From the IMG/VR virus record IMGVR_UViG_3300042483_000388: 64,000 nucleotides of DNA. One strand, written 5' to 3'. Positions 43,039 to 53,219 of the stretch are shown piece after piece (the first letter of the stretch is position 1; every line of letters begins with the position of its first letter). The notes under the pieces are model-generated. The model saw nothing but the letters and a program-made list of their open reading frames with translations, was not told the DNA's origin and did not search any database. The translations under genes and the position numbers were made by a program. The stretch is from a virus. Its lineage: Duplodnaviria > Caudoviricetes.

Positions 43039-43089
43039 AGTTTCTGTTTGTTTCTACAAATATATTATAAATAACTCTTGTTTACAAAA

Positions 43090-45147
43090 CTATTCCTTCT
43101 TTTTTCTAACTCTTTTTGGTTTTTCCACAATAACCTCATCAACTTTATTACCAATTACTACGTTCTCATCAACAATCGTTAAATTGTAGTTCTCATCCTC
43201 ATTAATTTCAGACATTAAAATCTTCTCAGAAATTAAATCCTCAATCTTATCTTGGATTGCCCTTTTGATCGGTCTTGCTCCGAATGTTTCGTCAAACCCA
43301 ACTTTGGATATATAATCAATTAGTGATTGGTCGTAAGTAAAGTTGTATTTTTTACCCTCAACACGTTTTAACAATCTATCAATCTCCAACTTGGTAATAA
43401 CGTCAATGTGTTCTTTCTTAAGTGAGTTGAAGACAATAACGTCATCAATACGATTTAAGAATTCAGGGGCAAAAAACTTACTAAGTTCTTTTTTAAGGAT
43501 GTCTCTCTTTTGTTCTTCTTGTATAACATTACTTGAATTATTACTTTTAAATCCAACACCTGTGCCAAAGTCGTGTAGTTTTTTAACACCAATATTGGAG
43601 GTCATAATTATTAAACAATTCTTAAAGTTAATTTTTCTACCTAATGAGTCTGTTATATGTCCATCATCCAAAAGTTGTAATAATGTTGAGAATATATCTT
43701 TATGTGCTTTCTCAATTTCATCAAACAAAATAACCGAATATGGTTTGTTTTTAACTTGTTCTGTAAGTTGTCCACCATCTTCATGACCAACATATCCTGG
43801 AGGTGACCCAATCAAACGAGAAATTGTGTGTTTTTCTTGATATTCAGACATATCAATACGGATGAGATTATCGGGACTACCAAAGATTTCTTTTGCCAAT
43901 TGTTTTGCTAAGAATGTTTTACCGACACCTGTTGAACCTAAGAAGATAAATGAACCAATCGGTTTATTTGGATCTTTAATCCCAATTCTATTTCTACGAA
44001 TAGATTTTGTGATTTTCAAAACTGCCTCTTCTTGACCAATAACGATTGAGTTAAGGTTTTTATCTAAATTAATAAGTGAGTTTTTCTCATCTAAATTTAT
44101 GTTTGAAATTGGAATTTTGGTCATGTTGGAAACAACCTCATAGATTAATTCTTCCGGTATATTTCTTTTACTAATTTTAAGTTCTTCGTTAAACTTTTTC
44201 TTCTCAATTTCTAAATTAGTCAAAACATTTCTCTCTCTATCTCGAAGATTTGCGGCTTGCTCATAATCTTGACGCTTAATTACGTTAATTTTTTCCAATT
44301 TAATGTCGGAAGCTTTACGTTTTAAGTTTTCAATAATTTCGGGAAGTTTAATATCTATTTGCATTCTTGCCCCAACCTCATCCAATATATCAAACGCCTT
44401 ATCGGGAAACTCACGATCTGTGATATATCTATCGGCCAACTCAACAAATATCCGAAGAGTTTCATCACTGTAAATAACTTTATGATGGTCTTCGTATTTT
44501 GATTTACTTTGTTTAAGGATTTCAAATGTTTCTTCTTTGGTTGATGGATCAACGACGACTTTTTGAAATCTCCTCTCTAACGCACCATCTTTTTCGAAGT
44601 TAGTTCTATATTCATCCAAAGTAGTTGCTCCAATACATTGGATCTCACCACGAGATAAGGCTGGTTTAAATATGTTGGAGGCATCTAACGAACCTGAACT
44701 ATTTCCCGCACCTACAATAGTGTGAATTTCATCAATAAAAAGTATGATATTTGGACTATTTTGTAATTCCTCAATAATAACCTTCATTCTTTCTTCAAAC
44801 TGACCACGATATTTGGTGCCCGCAACAATTGAGTTCATATCCAACGATACGATTCTTTTATCTAATAAATTTTTTGGACATTCTCCGCCATGTATCATCA
44901 TTGCTAAACCTTCAACAATGGCTGTTTTACCACATCCAGGTTCACCAATTATAATTGGATTATTTTTCTTACGTCTTGAAAGAATCTGAGCAATCCTAAG
45001 GATTTCCTTTTGTCTACCAACAACTGGATCAAGTTTTCCTTCTTCCGCTAATTTATTTAAATCCTTACTAAAGTTATCAAGTACTGGTGTTCCGCTATCC
45101 GGCTTCTTTTTCCCATTATCTCCCTTATCATCTACAAAGTCTAACAT
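43090..45147 (-). CDS. clpC: ClpC-like AAA+ unfoldase lacking the N-terminal Clp-repeat domain
   Basis: LDPVVGR, Walker A GEPGCGKT and GSTGVGKT, Walker B ILFIDEIH and ILFDEIEK, UVR-like M domain (QDYEQAANLRDRE), GVGF loop, FGARPIKR; only about 18 aa precede TPVLDNFSKDL. Confidence 0.9.
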   Translation of the reverse strand: MLDFVDDKGDNGKKKPDSGTPVLDNFSKDLNKLAEEGKLDPVVGRQKEILRIAQILSRRKKNNPIIIGEPGCGKTAIVEGLAMMIHGGECPKNLLDKRIVSLDMNSIVAGTKYRGQFEERMKVIIEELQNSPNIILFIDEIHTIVGAGNSSGSLDASNIFKPALSRGEIQCIGATTLDEYRTNFEKDGALERRFQKVVVDPSTKEETFEILKQSKSKYEDHHKVIYSDETLRIFVELADRYITDREFPDKAFDILDEVGARMQIDIKLPEIIENLKRKASDIKLEKINVIKRQDYEQAANLRDRERNVLTNLEIEKKKFNEELKISKRNIPEELIYEVVSNMTKIPISNINLDEKNSLINLDKNLNSIVIGQEEAVLKITKSIRRNRIGIKDPNKPIGSFIFLGSTGVGKTFLAKQLAKEIFGSPDNLIRIDMSEYQEKHTISRLIGSPPGYVGHEDGGQLTEQVKNKPYSVILFDEIEKAHKDIFSTLLQLLDDGHITDSLGRKINFKNCLIIMTSNIGVKKLHDFGTGVGFKSNNSSNVIQEEQKRDILKKELSKFFAPEFLNRIDDVIVFNSLKKEHIDVITKLEIDRLLKRVEGKKYNFTYDQSLIDYISKVGFDETFGARPIKRAIQDKIEDLISEKILMSEINEDENYNLTIVDENVVIGNKVDEVIVEKPKRVRKKKE

Positions 45148-45196
45148 ATTTTTTCTTTTTTCTAATACTAATAATAAAAAGATAAAAAGTCCATAA

Positions 45197-45240
45197 TGTA
45201 ATTTTGTCAGGTTTATTTACTTATAACTGACATTTTGTCA
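45197..45240. promoter_or_regulatory. Two TGACA-N3-TGTCA-type inverted repeats upstream of clpC
   Basis: TGTAA-TTT-TGTCA 45197-45209 and TGACA-TTT-TGTCA 45228-45240. Confidence 0.5.
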
Positions 45241-45323
45241 GTATTTGAATGTTTTACCATAAAATAAGTCAAAAAATTGAATTACCAACAACACAATTAA
45301 ATTTTTGTGTTATATTTATTTGT

Positions 45324-45614
45324 ATGGAATCTTGGAAAAAATTTGCGGAAACTTTGGAATTAACAAGAGAGTTAGAAAAAACTTATTTCAAGATTAGAAA
45401 AGTGTTCCAAAGAGAAGGGTGGTCACAAAAAGATATTGAAAAACCACCATATTATCCAAATGATTTAATGTTATTACACAGAAGCATGTCACCATTGGTA
45501 AGGGAAATAGACCAAACAATTAGAGATTATGGTTTTAATGTTGACGGAGACGAAGTTCATTATTATATTATGAATAAACTTCGTCATATAGATGACATAA
45601 CCCCGTTAAATTAA
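45324..45614 (+). CDS. Hypothetical protein
   Basis: Probable start MESWKKFAE after TATTTAT. Confidence 0.65.
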   Translation: MESWKKFAETLELTRELEKTYFKIRKVFQREGWSQKDIEKPPYYPNDLMLLHRSMSPLVREIDQTIRDYGFNVDGDEVHYYIMNKLRHIDDITPLN

Positions 45615-45620
45615 AATATT

Positions 45621-45863
45621 ATGGCAATAACAAAAGAACAAATTGTAGGAACAAAAATTTTAAATGAAATTGAGTCATCTAATATCGTAAGAACAGAGTA
45701 TGACACCTTAACTAAAAAAATGATTGCCGAGTTTAAAAACGGAGTTAAATATGAATATGAAGATGTTCCACACCAAAAATATACAGAGTTTAGATCTTCA
45801 CAATCACAAGGTAATTTCTTCAATAAGAATATTTCAAAAACTTACAAATACACAAAACTATAA
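45621..45863 (+). CDS. KTSC domain protein
   Basis: IESSNIVRTEYD...AEFKNGVKYEYEDVP...SQSQGNFFNKNI. Confidence 0.9.
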   Translation: MAITKEQIVGTKILNEIESSNIVRTEYDTLTKKMIAEFKNGVKYEYEDVPHQKYTEFRSSQSQGNFFNKNISKTYKYTKL

Positions 45864-45882
45864 TTTGTAGGTATTTATTAAT

Positions 45883-46620
45883 ATGGATACTAAAAAACTA
45901 ATAAAAAGTTTTGATACTCAAGATGAATTAAATCCTAAGATTTGGCAATTACCAAATGGTCAGGATTATAAAATGAAGAATGAGATTAGGGAGAGGTTAT
46001 TAGAAATTGCTTACCAATTTATAGATTATTTGGGTGTTGATATTGTTGTAACCGATATTGTTCTTACGGGATCGTTAGCAAATTATAATTGGTCAAAGTA
46101 TTCCGATTTTGATGTTCATATAATTACCAATTTCCAACAATACCCACCAGAACAATTAGAGCTCTATAAGGAATTATTTATGTTAAAGAAAGCGCTATTC
46201 AATAAAAACTACGACATTAAACTTTTTGGTTATGAGGTTGAGTTATATGTTGAGAATGAATCTGAAGCTCATTTCTCAAGTGGTGTTTATTCCTTATTAT
46301 TTAATGAGTGGGCGATGAAACCAAAAAAAGAAAAAATATCAATTGATAAACCTACCATTGAAAGGAAGGCTAAACAATGGATGGGGATTATTGATGGTGT
46401 ATTAGAGAACATTGAAGATGAAGATATTGAGGACGCTAAGGACCTTATTGAGAAATATAAAGAAAAACTTAGGAAGTTTAGATCTTGTGGTTTAGAAAAA
46501 AATGGTGAGTATTCTTCAGAAAATCTAGTATTTAAAATCTTAAGAAGAAATGGATATCTTGAAAAACTAAGAGGTGCAACACATAAAATATTGGAAAAAG
46601 GTTTATCAATGAACCAATAA
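45883..46620 (+). CDS. Pol-beta-superfamily nucleotidyltransferase
   Basis: DIVLTGSLANYNWSKYSDFDVHI (GS-x8-D-x-D) and third acidic strand YEVELYVE. Confidence 0.8.
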   Translation: MDTKKLIKSFDTQDELNPKIWQLPNGQDYKMKNEIRERLLEIAYQFIDYLGVDIVVTDIVLTGSLANYNWSKYSDFDVHIITNFQQYPPEQLELYKELFMLKKALFNKNYDIKLFGYEVELYVENESEAHFSSGVYSLLFNEWAMKPKKEKISIDKPTIERKAKQWMGIIDGVLENIEDEDIEDAKDLIEKYKEKLRKFRSCGLEKNGEYSSENLVFKILRRNGYLEKLRGATHKILEKGLSMNQ

Positions 46621-46696
46621 TAATTGTAAAAACAAAATATTACCAAATATCAATATATTTATTAAGAAAAAATAATTTATTAAAAATAAAGAAACT

Positions 46697-48151
46697 ATGT
46701 CAGGATTAAGACCAATAGGTAGTGAAAAATTAGAAGGTATGGATAAAATTAGACGAATAATGGAAATTGCTCGTTATAATGAAAACACACCTGAATCAGT
46801 TAATGAAGGATCCTTAACAACATACAGTTTATCTTTGGCTGACGGTAACACATATGAAATCGTAAAAGAAAGATTAGGGTATATTGTTAAGTTATCGATA
46901 AACGAATCTGATGCGGATTATATTGAACCGATTCAGAATAGGAAGTATTACCCATCTTATTCGAGAGCATTAAAGAAATTAAATTTAATGGCTAAAGAGT
47001 TTAATACGATATATGAAAATGTAGAAGGGACCTCGTTATTTAACGAGCAAAAAAAAAAGTATATACTAAAGGTTCCTAAACCAAAAACAACGGATAATGA
47101 AATGCCCGCACCAGCGGATATTCCCCCTCCAGCACCGGCACCAGAAATGGGTGCTCCGGTAGATGTTCCACCTCCGGTATCCGGACCACCAATGGATGAA
47201 TCAGGAATGCCACCAATGGATGATGCGGGAATACCACCAATGGGTGATACAGGAATGCCACCAATGGGTGATGCAGGAATGCCACCAATGGACGATGCGG
47301 GAATGCCACCAATGGACGATGCGGGAATGCCACCAATGGATGGTGAAGATGAATTACCTGGTTTAGGGTCAGGTGAAGGTATGGATGATGATGAACCGAA
47401 AGATAAAAAAGTATCCGATATTAAAAGAATCCAAATACTCGTTGGAAAATTAGCCCAAAAAATAAGATCTTATGAGGAAGGAAAAGAACTTTCATCTAAA
47501 GATGTAAAATATGTTATTAACTCCATTTTATCTGCTATAGATGTTGATGTTCTAAGTGAAAAAGATATAGAACAAATTATTTCAAAACTAGAAGGTCCTG
47601 ACGATGAGGATGAAGATGGTGACGTTAATGTTGATATGGAAGATGAAGAAATGGCACCTGAAGAACCTGAAGGTGAGATGGGTGAGGGTTATAATAATTT
47701 AGAGTCAGCATTTAATGATTATATGGGAGCAGCATATGCTAATACCGCAATGAGAAAATCTCTTGGTCAAGAAATTGATGAAGAAGATGATGACGAATAC
47801 CACAGAGAAAGAAGAAAAGGAAGAAAACATTTAGTAAATCCACCACAATTCTCTAACGGAACATATAATGAGTCTTCAGTGGATAAGGTCCTTTCAAAAT
47901 ATTTTATATTATCTGAAAACGAAGAAAAAGATAATCAAAAAAAACAACAAGAAAGAGCTCAAAAACAATATAAAGACACTAAATTCCAAATAATAAGATT
48001 ATCGGAAAGTATTGACCAAATTGAAGCTGCAACTGAATACATTAAAGAATTCCCAAGATCTAAATTATTTGGAGTATCAAATAAAGGAAATCTTATTTTT
48101 AAACAAGGTATTAGTGAAGTTAAAATTACTAAATATGGTGATATCCTATGA
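46697..48151 (+). CDS. Putative prohead core / internal head protein with Pro/Met-rich repeats
   Basis: Low-complexity acidic protein upstream of terminase; many L/I-x-E sites. Confidence 0.6.
   Translation: MSGLRPIGSEKLEGMDKIRRIMEIARYNENTPESVNEGSLTTYSLSLADGNTYEIVKERLGYIVKLSINESDADYIEPIQNRKYYPSYSRALKKLNLMAKEFNTIYENVEGTSLFNEQKKKYILKVPKPKTTDNEMPAPADIPPPAPAPEMGAPVDVPPPVSGPPMDESGMPPMDDAGIPPMGDTGMPPMGDAGMPPMDDAGMPPMDDAGMPPMDGEDELPGLGSGEGMDDDEPKDKKVSDIKRIQILVGKLAQKIRSYEEGKELSSKDVKYVINSILSAIDVDVLSEKDIEQIISKLEGPDDEDEDGDVNVDMEDEEMAPEEPEGEMGEGYNNLESAFNDYMGAAYANTAMRKSLGQEIDEEDDDEYHRERRKGRKHLVNPPQFSNGTYNESSVDKVLSKYFILSENEEKDNQKKQQERAQKQYKDTKFQIIRLSESIDQIEAATEYIKEFPRSKLFGVSNKGNLIFKQGISEVKITKYGDIL
47186..47347 (+). 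repeat. 24-bp coding tandem repeat (GMPPM[D/G]D[A/T]-like, 7 PPM units)
   Basis: CCACCAATGG... units visible in DNA and protein. Confidence 0.9.
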
Positions 48152-48555
48152 ATAGATTAATATATATAAATGGAATGGGTCCAAACTATAAGGGGGACAA
48201 TATTTATGAGTTTATATTTTCTGACACATTGGAGGTTTGGGGTGAGAATTGGGATTCAAAACCATCAAATGGATACCCAAGACCTCCAGATATTGATCAC
48301 ATAAAAAAAGTGGGAACATTAGTAAATGAAAATATAGTGTTAGAATTGGTGCAAGATTCGGACGTTTTTTCAGTAATTGACTCAATGGATGGGGTTTTAG
48401 CTTTATCTTGGGAAAAAGAAAACGATAATGTTGATTTTTCTTTGGTTAAAAGATTAGTGTTCCAATTTGGGGATACTGAGGATATTGTTAAAGATAAACT
48501 ATATGAAAGAGATATAGTATTACAATTTGAAAAACAAGTGATTTATGAAAAATAA
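48148..48555 (+). CDS. Conserved hypothetical protein
   Basis: ORF track; ATGA-coupled. Confidence 0.7.
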   Translation: MNRLIYINGMGPNYKGDNIYEFIFSDTLEVWGENWDSKPSNGYPRPPDIDHIKKVGTLVNENIVLELVQDSDVFSVIDSMDGVLALSWEKENDNVDFSLVKRLVFQFGDTEDIVKDKLYERDIVLQFEKQVIYEK

Positions 48556-49354
48556 TAAAGACATCGTTTATTTAATTGAGAATGGTCTTCATGTAAAAAC
48601 TCTTTCTAAAATGAGCGACCCTCAAATTAGAGTTTTGGTTGAGAAATTTAAAACAATGAGACAGGAAACAAAAGAAGTAGAGACTATAACATCGGCAATG
48701 ACAAAAACAATTGCAACTCCCCAAGAAATATCAAAAGGAATTCCAATTCCTCCAGGAACTAAAACTGTAAAAACTAATCCCGATGGTACTACCGAATTTA
48801 CGGAATCAGTTGAGGTGGATAGTGATCCAAATAAAGAAACTGAAACACAAGACCCTATTCAAGTAGGTCCTGGAACTGATGATGGGGATAATGATAATAA
48901 TGATGGAATGCCAACCAATGAAGGCGAACTTAGAGAGAAATTTGAATCAAAAGCTCAACAAAACTTCTTTTGGGGTAAATGTAACACAACAAAGGGTGTT
49001 CAAAAACAAAAGTGGTGTCAATTAGCAAGAGAATTCTCAAACGACACAACTAAAAAAGATTACAAAAAAATGCCGGAAAAATTACATCCAGAAAAAACCG
49101 TAAAAGTTAAAAAATCAGAAAAAACAGAAACCATTGAAAAATTTCTGGAGAAAAAAATCTCGGAAATGGTGGAAAGTAAGATACAAGCAAAAATGTCTAA
49201 AAAAGATTTAATTGATGCGGTTAAGAAAAAAAAAGAACCTAAGACAGAAGAACCTATGATTATTCGTAAACCAAAAAAAATGAATATGTTTTCTGATGAA
49301 GCTCCTATGGAACTACCAATAGGTAGAATGTTCTCAATCGGAAAAACAAAGTAA
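48545..49354 (+). CDS. Putative head-associated protein (REKFESKAQQNFFW motif)
   Basis: ORF track. Confidence 0.65.
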   Translation: MKNNKDIVYLIENGLHVKTLSKMSDPQIRVLVEKFKTMRQETKEVETITSAMTKTIATPQEISKGIPIPPGTKTVKTNPDGTTEFTESVEVDSDPNKETETQDPIQVGPGTDDGDNDNNDGMPTNEGELREKFESKAQQNFFWGKCNTTKGVQKQKWCQLAREFSNDTTKKDYKKMPEKLHPEKTVKVKKSEKTETIEKFLEKKISEMVESKIQAKMSKKDLIDAVKKKKEPKTEEPMIIRKPKKMNMFSDEAPMELPIGRMFSIGKTK

Positions 49355-49408
49355 TTTTTTGGGTAAAGTCATTATTTCGTAAAAACCCCTACCAAGTATT
49401 TATATTAT

Positions 49409-51184
49409 ATGGGACTATCTAAAGAACAGGTAATGATTGAATATGTTAAGTGTATGCAGGACACTCCATACGCTCTTCGCACATATTTACAAACTTACGA
49501 CAATACGGTATCACAATACGTCCCATTAGAATTATTTCCGGATCAGGTTTCTTTATTACAAGATTATGAGGATTATGAGGAAAACATCGCATTAAAATAT
49601 AGACAAGCTGGTGTATCAACGGTAACGGCAGCTTGGGTGTCAAAACGATTAGTTTTTGCTAAGAAAACTAAACCAGAAAAAATCTTAATTATTGCTAACA
49701 AACTTGATACATCCCAAGAGATGGCAAATAAGATTAGATCGTTTGTGGGTCAATGGCCTTCTTGGGTTGGTACTGGATTTGCGTCAGAAAAAAATGCACA
49801 AAAACACTACAAACTTGTAAATGGGTCTGAGGTTAAAGCGGTGGCAACATCAAAAGATGCCTTGAGAGGATTTACACCAACAATACTCATATTTGATGAG
49901 GCAGCATTTATTGAGGCGGATAACGATTTTTGGGCGGCTTGTATGGCGTCCCTATCCACTGGAGGTAAGGTAATCGTGGTTTCTACCCCTAACGGGTATG
50001 ACCCAATTTACTATGAAATATATGACCAAGCATTAAAAGGGATGAATCAATTTAAGATTACTGAAATGTTTTGGTATAGGGATCCACGATACACAAAAGA
50101 TCTTTATTTAGTTAAGACTGACGATATAGTTCATTATTTGCTCAATAGAGAAGAATATGACGAATCAAAAAATATTTCATTATCACATGTTGACCCATAT
50201 GAAAGAGATTACGATGAAATGTCTTACTTTTTTAAACAAGGGTATAAGCCATGTTCAAGTTGGTATGAAAAAATGGTTAAAAAACTTAAATATGATAAAA
50301 GAAAAATTAACCAAGAATTAAATTGTGCGTTTTTAGGGTCTGGTGACAACGTATTTGATAATAAACAACTTGAAGATATTAAAAATCTCTCATTGCAAGA
50401 ACCAATAACAAAGTTAATGGGTAATTCTATTTGGATATGGAAAGAACCTGTTGAGGGACATAAATATATTATGGGTATGGATGTTTCTCGTGGTGATAGC
50501 GAAGATTTTTCATCTATACAGATTATTGATTTTGATACAAGAGAACAAGTTTTTGAATATGTTGGAAAAATTCCTCCAGATAATTTAGCTGAAGTCGCCT
50601 ATAAATGGGCTGTTATGTATAAAGCATTTATTGTTGTGGATATTACTGGTGGTATGGGAATTACAACGGTAAGAAAACTACAAGAATTAGGATATAGGAG
50701 TTTATATGTTGAGGGTGTTGATTCTATGAATATTTGGGCGGTTAATAAAACTGCTATTGATAAAATACCTGGAATAAACTTTAACAACAAAAGAGTTCAG
50801 ATTATTGCCGCCTTTGAGGAGGGAATAAGACATAAATTCCAAATTAGAAGTGTTCGTTTATATAATGAGATGAATACGTTTATGTATATGAATGGTAGAC
50901 CAGACCACCAAAAAGGACAACATGATGACCTTATTATGGGAATATCTATGGCACTATATGTTGGTGAATCATCATTCTCTAAATTAGAAAAAGTAACCGA
51001 ACAAACAAAATCTATGATTAATTCATGGGCGGTTGTTAATAACGATACGGTGGCTAAGGAAGCTCACTTTAACCCAGTAATCCCAAATCAGAATATGTTG
51101 AATGAGAGGGCGGGTTTAAACACAGGAGCATCACGTAAGGACTATGAACAATATGGTTGGTTATTTGGTGGTATGAGAAGATAA
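49409..51184 (+). CDS. terL: Terminase large subunit (T4 gp17-like)
   Basis: LKYRQAGVST (Walker A region), ILIFDEAAFI (Walker B), VSTPNG, GMDVSRGDSEDFSSI and HDDLIMG nuclease motifs. Confidence 0.95.
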   Translation: MGLSKEQVMIEYVKCMQDTPYALRTYLQTYDNTVSQYVPLELFPDQVSLLQDYEDYEENIALKYRQAGVSTVTAAWVSKRLVFAKKTKPEKILIIANKLDTSQEMANKIRSFVGQWPSWVGTGFASEKNAQKHYKLVNGSEVKAVATSKDALRGFTPTILIFDEAAFIEADNDFWAACMASLSTGGKVIVVSTPNGYDPIYYEIYDQALKGMNQFKITEMFWYRDPRYTKDLYLVKTDDIVHYLLNREEYDESKNISLSHVDPYERDYDEMSYFFKQGYKPCSSWYEKMVKKLKYDKRKINQELNCAFLGSGDNVFDNKQLEDIKNLSLQEPITKLMGNSIWIWKEPVEGHKYIMGMDVSRGDSEDFSSIQIIDFDTREQVFEYVGKIPPDNLAEVAYKWAVMYKAFIVVDITGGMGITTVRKLQELGYRSLYVEGVDSMNIWAVNKTAIDKIPGINFNNKRVQIIAAFEEGIRHKFQIRSVRLYNEMNTFMYMNGRPDHQKGQHDDLIMGISMALYVGESSFSKLEKVTEQTKSMINSWAVVNNDTVAKEAHFNPVIPNQNMLNERAGLNTGASRKDYEQYGWLFGGMRR

Positions 51185-51189
51185 TAATT

Positions 51190-51357
51190 ATGGGACTAAG
51201 TTTTAGAAAAAGATCGGGTAAAATAGCAAATGGGTCAAGATTGGTTGTTCCTGGACAAATAACAACAGGCCAAAAAGTTTTTGAGGTTACATTCACTAAA
51301 AAACAAAATCCATATGATGGATTGCCACTTCCACCATTTTCGGGAACTACACCATAA
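51190..51357 (+). CDS. Small hypothetical protein
   Basis: Probable start MGLSFRKRSG. Confidence 0.55.
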   Translation: MGLSFRKRSGKIANGSRLVVPGQITTGQKVFEVTFTKKQNPYDGLPLPPFSGTTP

Positions 51358-51413
51358 AATCAAGGTATTAAACAAACTATTTAGATATTTATTAGTATAG
51401 TTAAATTATTTAC

Positions 51414-53195
51414 ATGGAAAATAACAATCAAAATTTTACAGTTTGGCAAAGGTTATCCAAAACTTTTGGACCTGATTCAACATTGGGGATGAGTCAACCT
51501 GACTATAAGTTAGATAAGAAAGAAATACTAAAAACAACAGATAAGGCCGAATACGAAAGGGCTAAATTACAGAATCAACAATCACTATACCTAAGTTCAA
51601 ATTGGGCTAAGGTCGAGAACAATCTTTATACTCAGGCGGTTTATTACGAACCAACAAGATTAGCAGCATTTTATGATTTTGAAAGTATGGAATACACTCC
51701 AGAAATCTCCGCAGCATTAGATATATATGCCGAAGAATCGACAACACCAAATCAAGATGGGTATGTTCTTCAGGTATATTCAGAATCAAAAAGAATTAAA
51801 AGTATTTTAGTTGATTTATTCGTAAATAATTTAGACGTAAACACCAACTTACCAATGTGGATTAGGAATATGTGTAAGTATGGTGATAATTTCGTTTATT
51901 TAAAATTAGATCATGAAAAGGGTGTCACTGGTTGTCTGCAACTACCTAACATTGAAATTGAAAGATTAGAGAAGGGTATGGAATCTAGATCATTTAATAT
52001 AACACCAGATGAAAATCAAAAAGCGTTAAGATTTACATGGAAAGTTAAAAATGTTGATTTTAACACTTGGGAGGTCGCTCACTTCAGATTATTGGGTGAT
52101 GATAGAAAACTTCCTTATGGGACATCTATGTTGGAGAAAGCAAGACGTATTTGGAAACAATTGGTTTTGGCCGAAGATGCGATGTTAATTTATAGAACAT
52201 CAAGAGCTCCTGAAAGACGAGTATTCAAAGTTTTTGTTGGTAATATGGATGATAAAGATGTTGAGGCCTACGTTCAAAGGGTTGCAAACAAATTTAAAAG
52301 GGATCAAGTGGTTGATAATAAAACGGGTAATGTAGATCTAAGATTCAACCAAATGGCGGTTGATCAAGATTATTTTATACCTGTACGTGACACCGCACAA
52401 GCAAGTCCCATCGACACCTTACCTGGAGCAACAAATTTATCTGAAATCGCCGATATTGAATATATTCAAAAGAAATTGGTAACGGCATTAAGAATACCTA
52501 AAGCGTATTTAGGTTTTGAGGAGGCTCTTGGAGATGGTAAAAACTTATCATTGTTGGATATTCGTTTCGCAAGAACAATTAACAGGATTCAAAAATCAGT
52601 AATTGCTGAATTAAATAAAATCGCAATTATTCACCTATTCTTAATGGGTTTTGAGGATGAATTACAAAACTTTACCTTAGGACTTACTAATCCATCTAAA
52701 CAAGCCGATTTGTTAATGATTGATGTTTGGAAAGAAAAAGTGACATTATATAAGGATATGGTTGCGGAAATTCCAAAATCAATTCAAGCTACTTCGGCAA
52801 CATGGGCTAAGAAACATATATTCGGATTCTCTGATGAGGAAATTAAGTTGGAGTTACAACAAGTTAGAATGGAAAGAGCGGTTGCTGCCGAACTTGATAA
52901 TACGGCAACAATTATTACTAAAACTGGATTATTTGATACTGTGGATAGGTTATATAAACCACCAGCATCCGGATCAACAGAATCTCCAGCACCTGAAGCT
53001 GGAGGGGCACCACCACCTGATGCGGGAGGTCCTCCACCTCCACCAGACGCAGGTCCACCAATTCCGGAATCAACTCTTAATAGTAAATTAAATATTCTTA
53101 CCGAAAATTCTGAGGACGAATTTTTGGATTTCTATAAAATGAATAACTCTTTAGGTTCAATTGAAAAAGAATTATCTAAATTATTACGAGATTAA
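51414..53195 (+). CDS. gp20: Portal protein (T4 gp20-like)
   Basis: PEISAALDIYAEE, KYGDNF, LAEDAMLIYRTSRAPERRVFKVFVGN, EDYF-type DQDYFIPVR, IDTLPG, LRIPK. Confidence 0.95.
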   Translation: MENNNQNFTVWQRLSKTFGPDSTLGMSQPDYKLDKKEILKTTDKAEYERAKLQNQQSLYLSSNWAKVENNLYTQAVYYEPTRLAAFYDFESMEYTPEISAALDIYAEESTTPNQDGYVLQVYSESKRIKSILVDLFVNNLDVNTNLPMWIRNMCKYGDNFVYLKLDHEKGVTGCLQLPNIEIERLEKGMESRSFNITPDENQKALRFTWKVKNVDFNTWEVAHFRLLGDDRKLPYGTSMLEKARRIWKQLVLAEDAMLIYRTSRAPERRVFKVFVGNMDDKDVEAYVQRVANKFKRDQVVDNKTGNVDLRFNQMAVDQDYFIPVRDTAQASPIDTLPGATNLSEIADIEYIQKKLVTALRIPKAYLGFEEALGDGKNLSLLDIRFARTINRIQKSVIAELNKIAIIHLFLMGFEDELQNFTLGLTNPSKQADLLMIDVWKEKVTLYKDMVAEIPKSIQATSATWAKKHIFGFSDEEIKLELQQVRMERAVAAELDNTATIITKTGLFDTVDRLYKPPASGSTESPAPEAGGAPPPDAGGPPPPPDAGPPIPESTLNSKLNILTENSEDEFLDFYKMNNSLGSIEKELSKLLRD

Positions 53196-53219
53196 TAATA
53201 TTTATATTAAAAACTAATT

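Noticed and set aside
47076-47366. Alternative-frame ORFs with HHPLVAFL and ECHQW repeats
   Set aside because: Shadows of the 24-bp GMPPMDDA coding repeat.
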